NCBI GenBank assembly: GCA_015488325.1
Contig: WFOA01000028.1
Coordinates: 38,309-102,308, forward strand
Direction of reading: 5' to 3'
DNA length: 64,000 bases
From: Acidimicrobiia bacterium
GTDB lineage: Bacteria; Actinomycetota; Acidimicrobiia; Spongiisociales; ZC4RG35
Shown here in pieces: positions 50,013 to 59,441 of the stretch. The position numbers and the translations under genes were made by a program. The stretch's first letter is position 1; each line of letters starts with the position of its first letter. Under the pieces are notes generated by a model. The model was not told the origin of the DNA, searched no databases, and saw only the letters and a list, made by a program, of their open reading frames with translations.

Positions 50013-51431
50013 TCAGATCAGCAGCTGGCAGGTCCCACGGGGCAGATACTGGCCGTAGCCGGCGTATCCGTGGTACTCGCCGTCGGAGACCAACACCTTG
50101 CCCCGCGCCATCACCACGTCGATCCGGCCCTGGACCTCCTTGCCCTCGTAGCAGGTGTAGTCCACGTCCATGTGGTGTTCGGCGACGGTGATCGTCCGGG
50201 TGGCGTTCGGGTCGAGGACGACGATGTCGGCGTCGGAGCCGACGGCGATCGTCCCCTTCTTCGGGAAGATGCCGAACATCTTCGCCGGGGCGGTCGCCAC
50301 CACCTCCACGAACCGGTTGAGGCTCAGCCGGCCCTCCCCCACGGACCCGTGGTAGATGAGCCCGAAACGTTCCTCTACCCCGGGGAGCCCGTTGGGGATC
50401 TTCGTGAAGTCGCCCAGACCCAGCTTCTTCTGGGTGCCGAGACGGGGATGGTCGTTGAAACAGAACGGACAGTGGTCCGTCGAGATCACCTGCAGATCGT
50501 CGGTGGCGAGACCCTGCCACAGCGCCTCCTGGTGGCCCTCCTCCCAGTTGCGGACCGGAGTCGAGCAGACGTACTTGGCGCCTTCGAAGTTCGGTTCCCG
50601 CAGGTTGTCCCAGCCCAGATACAGGTACTGGGGACAGGTCTCGGCGAAGACGTTGGAGCCCCGATCCCGGGCCGCCTTGATCTCCTCGAGGGCCTCCTTC
50701 GCCGACATGTGGACGACGTAGAGGGGGCATCCGGCCAGCTCGGCGTACACGATCGCCCGATGCGTGGCCTCCCCTTCGGTCACCGGCGGCCGGGTGATCG
50801 AGTGGTAGATCGGATCGGTCTCACCCCGAGCGATCGCCTGCTCCCGCAGGACGTCGATCACGATGCCGTTCTCGGCGTGCATCATGATCGTCGAGCCGTT
50901 CTCCGCCGCCTTCTGCATGGCCATGAAGATCTGGCCGTCGTCGGAGTAGAGGACACCCGGGTACGCCATGAACAGCTTGAAGCTGGTGACGCCCTCGCCC
51001 ATGAGGACGTCCATCTCCTTCAACGTCGCCTCGTTGACGTCGGAGACGATCATGTGGAAGCCGTAGTCGATGGCGCACCGTCCCTCCGCCTTCGCCATCC
51101 ACTCCTCGTACCCGGCGACCATCGACTCCCCGATCGTCTGCACGGCGAAGTCGATGATCGTGGTGGTGCCGCCCCACGCGGCAGCCCGGGTCCCCGACTC
51201 GAAGTCGTCGGAGGCGTAGGTGCCGCCGAAGGGCAGCTCCATGTGGGTGTGGACATCCACCCCACCGGGGAAGACGTACTTCCCGGTGGCGTCGATGACC
51301 TCGTCGGCGGTCCAGTCGTGGGCGTCGGGCGCCGCCAACGCGACGACCTTCTCGCCTTCGATGAGGACGTCGGCCTCCATCGTCTCGGTGGCCGTCACCA
51401 CCGTTCCACCTTTGATGACCGTTCTCGCCAT
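50013..51431 (-). CDS. dihydropyrimidinase / D-hydantoinase
   Basis: Start at MARTVIKGG with GGAGG SD. Metal-binding HxH (DVHTHM) and carboxylated-Lys region are present. 472 aa. Confidence 0.88.
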   Translation of the reverse strand: MARTVIKGGTVVTATETMEADVLIEGEKVVALAAPDAHDWTADEVIDATGKYVFPGGVDVHTHMELPFGGTYASDDFESGTRAAAWGGTTTIIDFAVQTIGESMVAGYEEWMAKAEGRCAIDYGFHMIVSDVNEATLKEMDVLMGEGVTSFKLFMAYPGVLYSDDGQIFMAMQKAAENGSTIMMHAENGIVIDVLREQAIARGETDPIYHSITRPPVTEGEATHRAIVYAELAGCPLYVVHMSAKEALEEIKAARDRGSNVFAETCPQYLYLGWDNLREPNFEGAKYVCSTPVRNWEEGHQEALWQGLATDDLQVISTDHCPFCFNDHPRLGTQKKLGLGDFTKIPNGLPGVEERFGLIYHGSVGEGRLSLNRFVEVVATAPAKMFGIFPKKGTIAVGSDADIVVLDPNATRTITVAEHHMDVDYTCYEGKEVQGRIDVVMARGKVLVSDGEYHGYAGYGQYLPRGTCQLLI

Positions 51432-51442
51432 GGTTTCCTCCT

Positions 51443-52741
51443 TCAACCCTCGGCGGTCGCCCGCCGCACGGCCTCACCCAACTTCTCCAAGCCTTCCCGG
51501 GCCTCCTCCTCGGTCAGCGACAGCGGAGGGGCGACCCGCAGGACGTTCCCCAGCAGCCCACCTTTGCCGATCAGCAGCCCCTCCGCCTTGGCCTGTTCCA
51601 TCACCTCGGCGGTGACCTGGGGGTCCGGATCCTTCGAGCCGGGCACCACCAGCTCGATGCCGATCATGAGGCCCTTGCCCCGCACCTCGCCGATGGCGGG
51701 GACCTCCTCGGCGATCCGGTGGATGCCCTCTTTGAGCTGGTTCCCGACCTTGTAGGCGTTGGTCTGCAGGTCGTGCTCCAGCACGTACTCCAGGTTGGCC
51801 AGCGCCCCGGTGGTTGCCAGGGGGTTCCCACCGAACGTCGAGATCGAGTTGGCCGGGATCGCATCGATGATCTCGGCGCGGCCCACCACGCCGGCGATGG
51901 CGAGGCCGTTGCCGAGACCTTTGGCGAAGGTGAGCAGGTCGGGGGTGATCCCATGGGCCTGATAGCCCCAGAAGTGCTCCCCCGTGCGCCCCCAGCCGGT
52001 CTGGACCTCGTCGCTGATGAAGAGGATGCCTTCGGTGTCCAGCACCTCCTTCATCGCTCCGAAGAAGCCGTCCGGCGGGGTGGCGAACCCCCCCACCCCC
52101 TGGATCGGTTCGGCGATGAGACAGGCGACGTCTCCGGCGACGGCGATCCGCAGCAGATCCCGGAGGTCGTCCACACATGCCGCGATGAACTCGTCGTCGG
52201 GGAGATGCCCGAAGGGGCTGCGGTACTTGTAGCCCGAATGGACGTAGGTGACGTTGAAGGGGCTGAACGACGTCGCCGACCACGACCGGTTCCCGGTGAT
52301 CGCCACCGCCGAATGTGACTTCCCGTGATAGCTGTTGCGCATCGCCAGGACCTGGTTGGAACGGCGGTACTGGGTGGCCATCATCAGGGCGGCGTCGTTG
52401 GCCTCGGTCCCCGAGTTCGTGAAGAACACCTTGGCGTCGGGGATGCCCGACAGTTCGGCGATCTTCTCCGCCAGCTCGATCTGCGACTCGATCAGGTACA
52501 GGGTGGAGGTGTGGAGCATCTTCTCCGCCTGGGCTTTGATCGCTTCCACCACCTCGGGGATCTTGTACCCGGTCATCGTGGTGAGGATGCCGCCGAAGAA
52601 GTCGAGATACCGGTTGCCCTCCGCATCCCACACGTACCGCCCTTCGCCGTCCACCAGGGCGATGGGTTCGGAGTAGTAGAGGGCGAGCCAGGAGGGCAAC
52701 ACCTGGCGATGCCGGGCGAGGAGTTCGGCGTGGCGGCCCAT
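51443..52741 (-). CDS. class-III (omega) aminotransferase (beta-alanine/aminoisobutyrate-type)
   Basis: 432 aa with TNSGTEANDAA and the PLP lysine in FAKGLGNG. Start overlaps the upstream stop (ATGA). Confidence 0.85.
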   Translation of the reverse strand: MGRHAELLARHRQVLPSWLALYYSEPIALVDGEGRYVWDAEGNRYLDFFGGILTTMTGYKIPEVVEAIKAQAEKMLHTSTLYLIESQIELAEKIAELSGIPDAKVFFTNSGTEANDAALMMATQYRRSNQVLAMRNSYHGKSHSAVAITGNRSWSATSFSPFNVTYVHSGYKYRSPFGHLPDDEFIAACVDDLRDLLRIAVAGDVACLIAEPIQGVGGFATPPDGFFGAMKEVLDTEGILFISDEVQTGWGRTGEHFWGYQAHGITPDLLTFAKGLGNGLAIAGVVGRAEIIDAIPANSISTFGGNPLATTGALANLEYVLEHDLQTNAYKVGNQLKEGIHRIAEEVPAIGEVRGKGLMIGIELVVPGSKDPDPQVTAEVMEQAKAEGLLIGKGGLLGNVLRVAPPLSLTEEEAREGLEKLGEAVRRATAEG

Positions 52742-53586
52742 CAGGGTGCGACCAGATCTCCGTAGGCGTCGGGACGGCGGTCCCGGTAGAAGGCCCAGAG
52801 TTTGCGGACCTCCTCCACCTCGTCCATGTCGAGGTCACGCACCACCAGCTCTTCGTCGGTGTCGGAAGCGGCCTCACCGACGATCTGTCCCCGGGGGCTC
52901 ACGAAGTACGACGAGCCGTAGTAGTCGTTGTCGCCGAAGGGCTCTTTGCCCACCCGGTTGATGGCCCCGATGAAGTATTCGTTGGCGACGGCGGCGGCGG
53001 GTTGTTCGAGATTCCACAGGTACATGGACAGTCCCCGGCTCGTCGCCGACGGGTTGAAGACGATCTTGGCACCCTTGAGACCGAGGGCCCTCCACCCTTC
53101 CGGGAAGTGGCGGTCGTAGCAGATGTAGACGCCGATCCGCCCTGCCCGCCGGGTGTCGAACACCGGATACCCGAGGTTGCCGGGCCGGAAGTAGAACTTC
53201 TCCCAGAAGCCGTTGACGTGGGGGATGTGGGTCTTGCGGTACTTCCCCAGGTAGGTGCCGTCGGAGTCGATCACCGCCGCGGTGTTGTAGTAGAACCCGT
53301 CGTCCTCTTTCTCGAAGATGGGCACCACCAGCGCCATCTCGGTCTCCCGGGCGAGCTCCTGCATGAGCTTGGTGGTGGGTCCGTCCGGGATCGGCTCGGC
53401 GTAGTCGAAATGTTCGTTCTCCTGGACCTGGCAGAAGTAGGGCGCGTAGAACAGCTCCTGGAAGCACATCACCACCGCGCCCTGGTTCGCAGCCTCCCGG
53501 GCGTAGTCGGCGTTCTTCTCGATCATCGAGTCCTTGTCGCCCGTCCACTCGGTCTGGACGATGGCGGCCCGTACGACGTTCGCCAT
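52741..53586 (-). CDS. carbon-nitrogen hydrolase (N-carbamoyl-amino-acid amidohydrolase / beta-ureidopropionase type)
   Basis: 281 aa. Catalytic triad context: E in CFQELF, K in GKYRKTH, C in VYICYD. Confidence 0.85.
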   Translation of the reverse strand: MANVVRAAIVQTEWTGDKDSMIEKNADYAREAANQGAVVMCFQELFYAPYFCQVQENEHFDYAEPIPDGPTTKLMQELARETEMALVVPIFEKEDDGFYYNTAAVIDSDGTYLGKYRKTHIPHVNGFWEKFYFRPGNLGYPVFDTRRAGRIGVYICYDRHFPEGWRALGLKGAKIVFNPSATSRGLSMYLWNLEQPAAAVANEYFIGAINRVGKEPFGDNDYYGSSYFVSPRGQIVGEAASDTDEELVVRDLDMDEVEEVRKLWAFYRDRRPDAYGDLVAP

Positions 53587-53681
53587 GCCGCTCCTTTCTC
53601 TGTCACATCCGAAAACTAGCGAAGCCGGGGAGGGGGCGGGATCGACACCCGCCCCCTCACCGGTTCACGGTCGGGGATCCG

Positions 53682-54830
53682 TCACTCGCCGCCTTCACGC
53701 AGGGTGATGGTCCTCTTGGTGTAGCCGGCGCCCTTGGTGTCGAGACCTTCCGCCTGGAGGTCGGCGACGGCTTTCTCGGCCAGGTCGGTGCGGTAGGCCG
53801 AGTCGGGGATCGTCACCCCTTGCAGGTCGGGGATCTGGCTGGTGGCGACCTCGACGGTCTGGTCCCACAGCGCCTCGTTCATCACCCCGATGCCGTTGGT
53901 GGCGGGGAAGATCAGCGCCAGGATCTCGTTGAGCTGCCACTGCTGGTGGCTCTCCCCCAGCGCCGACCCGTTGTCCAACACGACCCCGACACAGTCGTCG
54001 AAGTTGTCGAGACAGTAGATCCAGCCCCGGAAGGTGGCCCGCAGGAACCGCACCGCGATGTCCTGGTTGGCCTCGTCGGCGATCCAGCCTTCCTCCACCC
54101 AGATGGCGTCCTGCAACATGGCGGTGGCGATCTCGGGATCGTTGAAGTCGATGACGTTGAGATCCTCCGGCTGGTACAGCTCACCCGTGTCCGGGTTCAC
54201 CGCCTCCAACACCTGGGCGTACTCGTTGTAGATCATCGCCTGGGCGGCGTCGATCTCCCGGTTCAGCAGGGCGTTCATCGTGAAGTCCTGCGCCACCAAC
54301 TCCACGTCGGGCACGTCGAACTTCTCGATGGCGGCCAACAGCTCGTACTCGTTGCCGAAGCCCCAGTTGCCCACCTTCTTGCCGGCCCAGTCCCGCGGAT
54401 GGGTGATGCCCGTGTCGGCCCAGGACACCATCAGCGTCCCCGACCGTTCGAACACCTGGGCGATGTTCACGATGTTCGCCCCGGCCTCCCGCGACACCAG
54501 CGCCTTCGGCACCCAGGCGATCCCGAACTCAGCACCGCCGGTGGCCAGCACCTGCTGGGGCACGATGTCCACACCGCCTTCGAGGATCTCCACCTCGAGG
54601 CATTCGTCGGCGTAGAAGCCCTTGTCCTTCGCCACGTAGTACCCGGCGAACTGCGCCTGGGCGAACCACTGCAGCTGCACCTTCACCGAATCCACCGAAC
54701 TGCACGCAGCCTCCCCGCCACCTTCGGCGGGGGCCGGGGCACCTTCGGTCTCGCCGCCGCCGCACGCCGCCACGATGAGGCCGACGACGGCAGCCAGCGC
54801 CACCATGCGCCACTTCGTGGAATGTCTCAT
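53682..54830 (-). CDS. ABC transporter substrate-binding lipoprotein (NMT1/THI5-like, NitT/TauT family)
   Basis: 382 aa. Signal peptide with lipobox LIVAAC. ...VQLQWFAQAQFAGYYVAKDKGFY... Confidence 0.8.
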   Translation of the reverse strand: MRHSTKWRMVALAAVVGLIVAACGGGETEGAPAPAEGGGEAACSSVDSVKVQLQWFAQAQFAGYYVAKDKGFYADECLEVEILEGGVDIVPQQVLATGGAEFGIAWVPKALVSREAGANIVNIAQVFERSGTLMVSWADTGITHPRDWAGKKVGNWGFGNEYELLAAIEKFDVPDVELVAQDFTMNALLNREIDAAQAMIYNEYAQVLEAVNPDTGELYQPEDLNVIDFNDPEIATAMLQDAIWVEEGWIADEANQDIAVRFLRATFRGWIYCLDNFDDCVGVVLDNGSALGESHQQWQLNEILALIFPATNGIGVMNEALWDQTVEVATSQIPDLQGVTIPDSAYRTDLAEKAVADLQAEGLDTKGAGYTKRTITLREGGE

Positions 54831-54893
54831 GTCTCTCCTCCCGAGAGTCGTCTGTCGCCGAGAGAGTATCGCCCACCGTGGGTCGATGTCGGC

Positions 54894-55772
54894 TCAAGCC
54901 GTGTCCGTCTTGCGCAGGGAGACGTGCCAGGGCATCGCCAGGCGTTCGGCGACGACGATCACCATGTAGAAGGTGATGCCGATGATCGAGGCGACGACGA
55001 TGGCGGCCCAGGCGTCGGGGAACTGGAACAGGTTCGCCCGGTTGAGGATGTACTGGCCGAGGACGTCCTGGGGACCTCCGAAGTACTCGGCGACGATCGC
55101 CCCGATGATCGACAGTGCCGAGGCGACCTTGAGGGAGCTGAAGAAGAAGGGCAGGGCACTCGGGATCCGGACGAGACGGAGGACCTGACGGGGCGTGGCG
55201 GCCGCAGCCCTCAGCAGCTCCAGCTCTTCGGGCTGGACTTCGAGCAACCCTCGGGCCGTGTTGATCATCACCGGGAAGAAGACGATCACCGCCACCACCG
55301 CCATCTTCGACACCGGACTGGTGACGTTGAACCAGTTGTTGGCGATGGGGGCGAGGGCGATGATCGGCGTGGTGTTGGCGGCGATGGCGAAGGGGAGGAG
55401 GCCTTCGCGCACCGCCGACCAGCGTACCGTGGCGAGGGCCATCACCACCGCCATGACCCCACCGACGACGAACCCGCCGAGCGCCTCGAAGAAGGTGCGG
55501 AACCCGGCCGCCCAGATCACGTCGAAGTTGACGACGAACCGCTGGGCGATCTCGGAGGGTTTGGGGAGGAGGAAGGTCTCGACGTCGAAGGCCCGGGTGA
55601 GGCCTTCCCAGAGGACCAGCACCACCACGAAGGCGACTCCTGCGGGACCGTAGGCACGAATCCACGTCTCGATCCGACCCGGTTCGCCGGGGATGTCCCC
55701 TTCGAAGCCGGCGAAGACGTCGGTCTCTCGTGGTTCGAACAGGTCGAGGTCCCGGTCGGCGGGCTCGGTCAT
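54894..55772 (-). CDS. ABC transporter permease (NitT/TauT family)
   Basis: Internal ATG (MTEPADRDLD...) gives 292 aa with EAA-like loop region. 4-nt overlap with the ATPase gene. Confidence 0.8.
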   Translation of the reverse strand: MTEPADRDLDLFEPRETDVFAGFEGDIPGEPGRIETWIRAYGPAGVAFVVVLVLWEGLTRAFDVETFLLPKPSEIAQRFVVNFDVIWAAGFRTFFEALGGFVVGGVMAVVMALATVRWSAVREGLLPFAIAANTTPIIALAPIANNWFNVTSPVSKMAVVAVIVFFPVMINTARGLLEVQPEELELLRAAAATPRQVLRLVRIPSALPFFFSSLKVASALSIIGAIVAEYFGGPQDVLGQYILNRANLFQFPDAWAAIVVASIIGITFYMVIVVAERLAMPWHVSLRKTDTA

Positions 55773-56545
55773 CGCTCCTCTCCTCGCCGCAACGCCTCCC
55801 TCACCTCGGTGATGAGCCGGTAGTAGTCGTCCGATTCCCGGGTGTCGACGTCCCGCGGGTGCGGCAGGGGTACGTCGACCACCTGGGAGATTCGACCCGG
55901 ACGTGGCGACATCACCACCACCCGGGTGGAGAGGAACACGGCCTCGGGGATCGAATGGGTGACGAAGACGACCGTCGTCTCCGTCTCCGTCCAGATCCGT
56001 AGGACCTCCTGCTGCATCAGCTCCCGGGTCATCTCGTCGAGGGCTCCGAAGGGTTCGTCCATCAGCAGCAGGGCGGGCCGGAAGCTGAGGGCTCGGGCGA
56101 TCGCCACCCGCTGCTGCATACCCCCCGACAGCTGCCAGGGGTGGTGATCGGCGAAGTCTTGGAGCTGTACCAGGGACAGCATCTCGGTCGCCCGTGCCTG
56201 CCGCTCCTCCTTCGGCACCCCCATGATCTCGAGGGGGAGCTCCACGTTGGCCCGGACCGTCCTCCAGTCGAGGAGGGTCGCCTGCTGGAACACGATCCCG
56301 TAGTCGCGGTCGAGCCGCGCCTGGCGAGGCTCTTTGCCGTTGACGATCAACTCCCCGGTGCTGGGCTGGAGGAGGTCGCCGATGAGGCGCAGCAGGGTGC
56401 TCTTGCCGCAACCCGACGGGCCGATGAGAGAGATGAACTCACCCTGGTCGATCCGGAGGTCGATGCCGGTGAGGGCCTCCACCCGGGCCGCACCCGCACC
56501 GAAGACCTTGCCGACCCCTCGAGCCAAGACGACTGCGTCGCTCAC
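55769..56545 (-). CDS. ABC transporter ATP-binding protein
   Basis: 258 aa with Walker A GPSGCGKST, the LSGGMQQR signature, and Walker B LLLMDEPF. Confidence 0.88.
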   Translation of the reverse strand: MSDAVVLARGVGKVFGAGAARVEALTGIDLRIDQGEFISLIGPSGCGKSTLLRLIGDLLQPSTGELIVNGKEPRQARLDRDYGIVFQQATLLDWRTVRANVELPLEIMGVPKEERQARATEMLSLVQLQDFADHHPWQLSGGMQQRVAIARALSFRPALLLMDEPFGALDEMTRELMQQEVLRIWTETETTVVFVTHSIPEAVFLSTRVVVMSPRPGRISQVVDVPLPHPRDVDTRESDDYYRLITEVREALRRGEER

Positions 56546-56553
56546 TCCTCACC

Positions 56554-57441
56554 TCATCCTTCCCGGCGGTGGTCTCCCGCCACCAGCCGATGTTCGAACC
56601 ATGTGACCGCGGCGACGAACAGGATCCCGGCCAGGGCTGACATGAGCACCGCGGCCATCAGCTTCTTCACGTTGAACTGTTGGGAGAATTCGAGGAGCGC
56701 CCGGCCCAGGCCATCGCGGAAACCGGCCGGGAGCTCTCCGACGATGGCACCGATCACCGACGCCGTCGCCGACACCTTGAGGGCGGTGAAGATGTAGGGG
56801 AGGGCGGCGGGCACCTGGAGTTTCCAGAGCACCTGGGAGGGCGTGGCCGCGTAGGAGCGCATCATCTCGACCGCCGTCGGAGCCGGGGACCGCAGACCCC
56901 GAACGGTGTTGATGGTGACGGGGAAGAAGGTGAGGTAGGCGGCGATGATCGCCACCGACAGCCACTGGGGAACGTCGAGTTGGCCGCCCCAGACCACCAC
57001 CATGGGGGCGATGGCGATGATGGGGACGGTCTGGGAGGCGACGACGTAGGGCATGAAGGCCCGTTCGGCCAGCGTCGAACGGACGAAGGCGACACCGAGC
57101 CCGAACCCGATCACCCCGCCGACCACGAACCCGACCAACGCCTCCCGCAGGGTGAACATCGCCGCCTTCGCCAACAGGAGCACCGTCAGTTCGCCGTTGC
57201 GACGCACCGGCTGGAAGAGCTGGAGCACCACGTCCCAGGTATGGGGCATGAAGCGGTCGTTGGGAGGGGGGCGGAGGCGCAGTTCGGTGCCGGGGACCAC
57301 CCCGCCCAACGCCTCACCCACGACCTTGTAGAGCTCCCAGGCGACGACGACGACCGCCAACACCCCGAGGAAACCGACGACTCGTCGGACCCTGGGTGAC
57401 CGGCGCGAGGCCGTCGAGACGACTTCGGGTGCGTCGGTCAT
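56554..57441 (-). CDS. ABC transporter permease (NitT/TauT family)
   Basis: Internal ATG (MTDAPEVV...) gives 295 aa. Polytopic. Confidence 0.8.
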   Translation of the reverse strand: MTDAPEVVSTASRRSPRVRRVVGFLGVLAVVVVAWELYKVVGEALGGVVPGTELRLRPPPNDRFMPHTWDVVLQLFQPVRRNGELTVLLLAKAAMFTLREALVGFVVGGVIGFGLGVAFVRSTLAERAFMPYVVASQTVPIIAIAPMVVVWGGQLDVPQWLSVAIIAAYLTFFPVTINTVRGLRSPAPTAVEMMRSYAATPSQVLWKLQVPAALPYIFTALKVSATASVIGAIVGELPAGFRDGLGRALLEFSQQFNVKKLMAAVLMSALAGILFVAAVTWFEHRLVAGDHRREG

Positions 57442-57553
57442 GGGCCGGGACTCTAGCGAGCGGGCGACGAGCGATCCGAGGGGAAGGCGGGCCTGTGTCG
57501 ACGGGGCGCCCAGGGAGGTGTCGCCCCCCGCCACCCACCCCAGCGGCTCGGCC

Positions 57554-58015
57554 TCATCCGACGCCCAGCTCCTCTCGGACGATGCGGCTGACGGTCGCAC
57601 CGTCGAGGTCGTCGCGGCGTTTCATGAGGTGGCCGACCACCCGACCGACGGCCTTGGGGTCCCCCGCCACGCCGAGTTCCGCGATGGCGTCCGCAACCAA
57701 CGCCCGTGTCTCCGCCTCGCCGAGGGTCTGGGGCATCCAGCGTGACAGGTACTCGATCTCCCAGGCGAGTTTCTCGGCCATCTCCCGCCCCCGCTCGCCC
57801 GCCGCTTCGTACTCCTCTTTCGCTTTCGCCATCTTCTTGACGTAGGAGGAGATCACCTTGCGGTAGAGGTCGTCGTCCACTTCGCCGGTGAAGCCGGGGG
57901 CGGTCTTCGCCTTGGTCACCTCCGTCTCGATCTGGCGGATGACGTCGCGTCGCCGTGCGTCTCTGGCCCGCATGGCGTCTCGGAGCTCGGCGGCGAGTTC
58001 GTCGTGGATGCTCAT
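57554..58015 (-). CDS. GatB/YqeY-domain protein
   Basis: Internal ATG (MSIHDELAAELRDAMRARDARRRDVIRQIETEV...) gives 153 aa. ATGA overlap with the upstream gene. Confidence 0.75.
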   Translation of the reverse strand: MSIHDELAAELRDAMRARDARRRDVIRQIETEVTKAKTAPGFTGEVDDDLYRKVISSYVKKMAKAKEEYEAAGERGREMAEKLAWEIEYLSRWMPQTLGEAETRALVADAIAELGVAGDPKAVGRVVGHLMKRRDDLDGATVSRIVREELGVG

Positions 58016-58722
58016 CGGTACGCTCCCAGGGTCTCGGCCATCTGGCCGGGGTCGTCGGTGATGATGGCGTCGATGCCCGCCTCCGCCAAGCGGAGGGCGA
58101 CCTCGGGGTCGTTCACGGTCCACGAGACGACGCCGATCCCTTCCCGGTGGGCCTCGTCGATGAACCCCGGGGCGGCGACGAGCAGCGACCAGTGGGGAAC
58201 CACCGTCCGGTGCCCACCGTCGACGGCGTGCCCGAGGAGGGATTCGAGGTCCGTGGACGGTGCAGCGAGGAGCCCGGTCGAGACGGTGGGGAACCCATGA
58301 CGGACGGCGTCGACGGTCGGCCAGAAGAAGCTGGTGAGCAGGTCGCCGGGACGGGCGAGGGCTGCGGTGTCGAGGCCGAGACGGTGGTCGGGTTCGAATC
58401 CCGGTTCGGTGGGGTCGTTCTTGACCTCCAGGTTGAGGGGGAGCCCGTCCAGGGCGGCGACGACGTCCTCCAAGGTGACGGGGCGGTGACCGTCACCGAG
58501 GTCGAGGCGCTCCAGCTCCGGCCACGGGGTCTCGGACACGACCTTGCCGCCCAGTTCCGGGTCGTGGGAGAGGACGAGGCGCCCGTCGGCCGAGCGCCGC
58601 ACGTCGATCTCGGCCATGTCGGCGACGTCGACACAGGCCTCGAGGCCGGCGAGGGTGTTGTCGGGGTACCGGGTTCGCCAGCCCCGATGACCCACGATCT
58701 GGAGTCGGTCTCTAGTTTTCAT
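58012..58722 (-). CDS. glycerophosphodiester phosphodiesterase
   Basis: Start at MKTRDRLQIVGHRGW (GDPD HR(G)xxxxPENT-type motif: VGHRGWRTRYPDNTL). 236 aa. Confidence 0.8.
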   Translation of the reverse strand: MKTRDRLQIVGHRGWRTRYPDNTLAGLEACVDVADMAEIDVRRSADGRLVLSHDPELGGKVVSETPWPELERLDLGDGHRPVTLEDVVAALDGLPLNLEVKNDPTEPGFEPDHRLGLDTAALARPGDLLTSFFWPTVDAVRHGFPTVSTGLLAAPSTDLESLLGHAVDGGHRTVVPHWSLLVAAPGFIDEAHREGIGVVSWTVNDPEVALRLAEAGIDAIITDDPGQMAETLGAYR

Positions 58723-58813
58723 CACGAAAAAACTATTGCGCTTCTGACATATAGTCTGTACGTTTCCTCCGCGGTAACCCAACCTTCCCCGGGTCTCCCG
58801 ATGCGGGGAAGCT

Positions 58814-58829
58814 TGTGAAAAGAATCACA
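58814..58829. promoter_or_regulatory. CRP/FNR-family (Crp/Cmr-type) binding site TGTGAAAAGAATCACA
   Basis: Perfect TGTGA-N6-TCACA palindrome inside a roughly 130-bp AT-rich (about 45% GC) divergent intergenic region, 22 nt upstream of the whiB SD. Confidence 0.5.
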
Positions 58830-58850
58830 AATCCTCTGGAGGATTCCGAA

Positions 58851-59120
58851 GTGCTCACCATCACCACCGATTGGCGCCAGCTGGCTGCCTGCCGGGACAG
58901 CGAGCCCACGCTCTTCTTCCCGGTCGGCTCCACCGGGCCCGCCCTGGACCAGATCGCCGCCGCCAAGGAGATCTGCTTCTCGTGCGGTGTCCGGGAAGAG
59001 TGCCTCCAGTACGCGCTGGAGACGAACCAGGAAGCCGGTGTATGGGGCGGCTACGCCGAAGACGAGCGCCGTCGTCTCCGGAAGCGCTGGCTGGCGGAGC
59101 GGCGCCGCCGGGCCGTCTGA
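58851..59120 (+). CDS. whiB: WhiB-family transcriptional regulator (WhiB1-like, 4Fe-4S)
   Basis: GTG start preceded by GGAGG. TDWRQLAACRDSEPTLFFPVGSTGPALDQIAAAKEICFSCGVREECLQYALETNQEAGVWGG has four conserved Cys. Confidence 0.85.
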   Translation: MLTITTDWRQLAACRDSEPTLFFPVGSTGPALDQIAAAKEICFSCGVREECLQYALETNQEAGVWGGYAEDERRRLRKRWLAERRRRAV

Positions 59121-59142
59121 CCGAATCCCCGTCGACATGTGC

Positions 59143-59168
59143 GAAGGCCGGCGGCGACGCCGGCCTTC
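59143..59168. terminator. putative bidirectional intrinsic terminator hairpin between convergent whiB and DUF3107 genes
   Basis: GAAGGCCGGCG-GCGA-CGCCGGCCTTC: 11-bp perfect GC-rich stem with 4-nt loop, 23 nt after the whiB stop. No U-tract, which is common in high-GC genomes. Confidence 0.4.
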
Positions 59169-59179
59169 TCGCGTCACGG

Positions 59180-59410
59180 TCACGACGTCGGAGCGAAGCC
59201 CACCGACGGCTCCTCCGGCTGGGTCTCCACCTCGACGAACGCGATCCGCTCCCTGGGCACCCCCACTCGGCGCCCCTTCGAATCCTCGAACCAGAGGAGA
59301 GCCGTCGCCCCGGCGAACGCCTCCTCGACCGACCGTTCGTACTCGGTGGGGTCGTCGGTCTCCAACTCGATCACACGGTCCGTGTCGGCGATCCCGATCC
59401 GCACCTTCAT
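59180..59410 (-). CDS. DUF3107-domain protein
   Basis: 76 aa, MKVRIGIADTDRVIELETDDPTEYERSVEEAFAGATALLWFEDSKGRRVGVPRERIAFVE. Small acidic protein conserved in actinobacteria. Confidence 0.7.
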   Translation of the reverse strand: MKVRIGIADTDRVIELETDDPTEYERSVEEAFAGATALLWFEDSKGRRVGVPRERIAFVEVETQPEEPSVGFAPTS

Positions 59411-59441
59411 ACCGTTCGCTCCTCACACTGCTCGGCTCGGC

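Noticed and set aside
57442-57553. Possible TPP riboswitch upstream of the NMT1/THI5-type ABC transporter operon.
   Set aside because: The leader (reverse complement) is G-rich with no CUGAGA / thi-box consensus. The operon context points to pyrimidine/hydantoin uptake, not thiamine.
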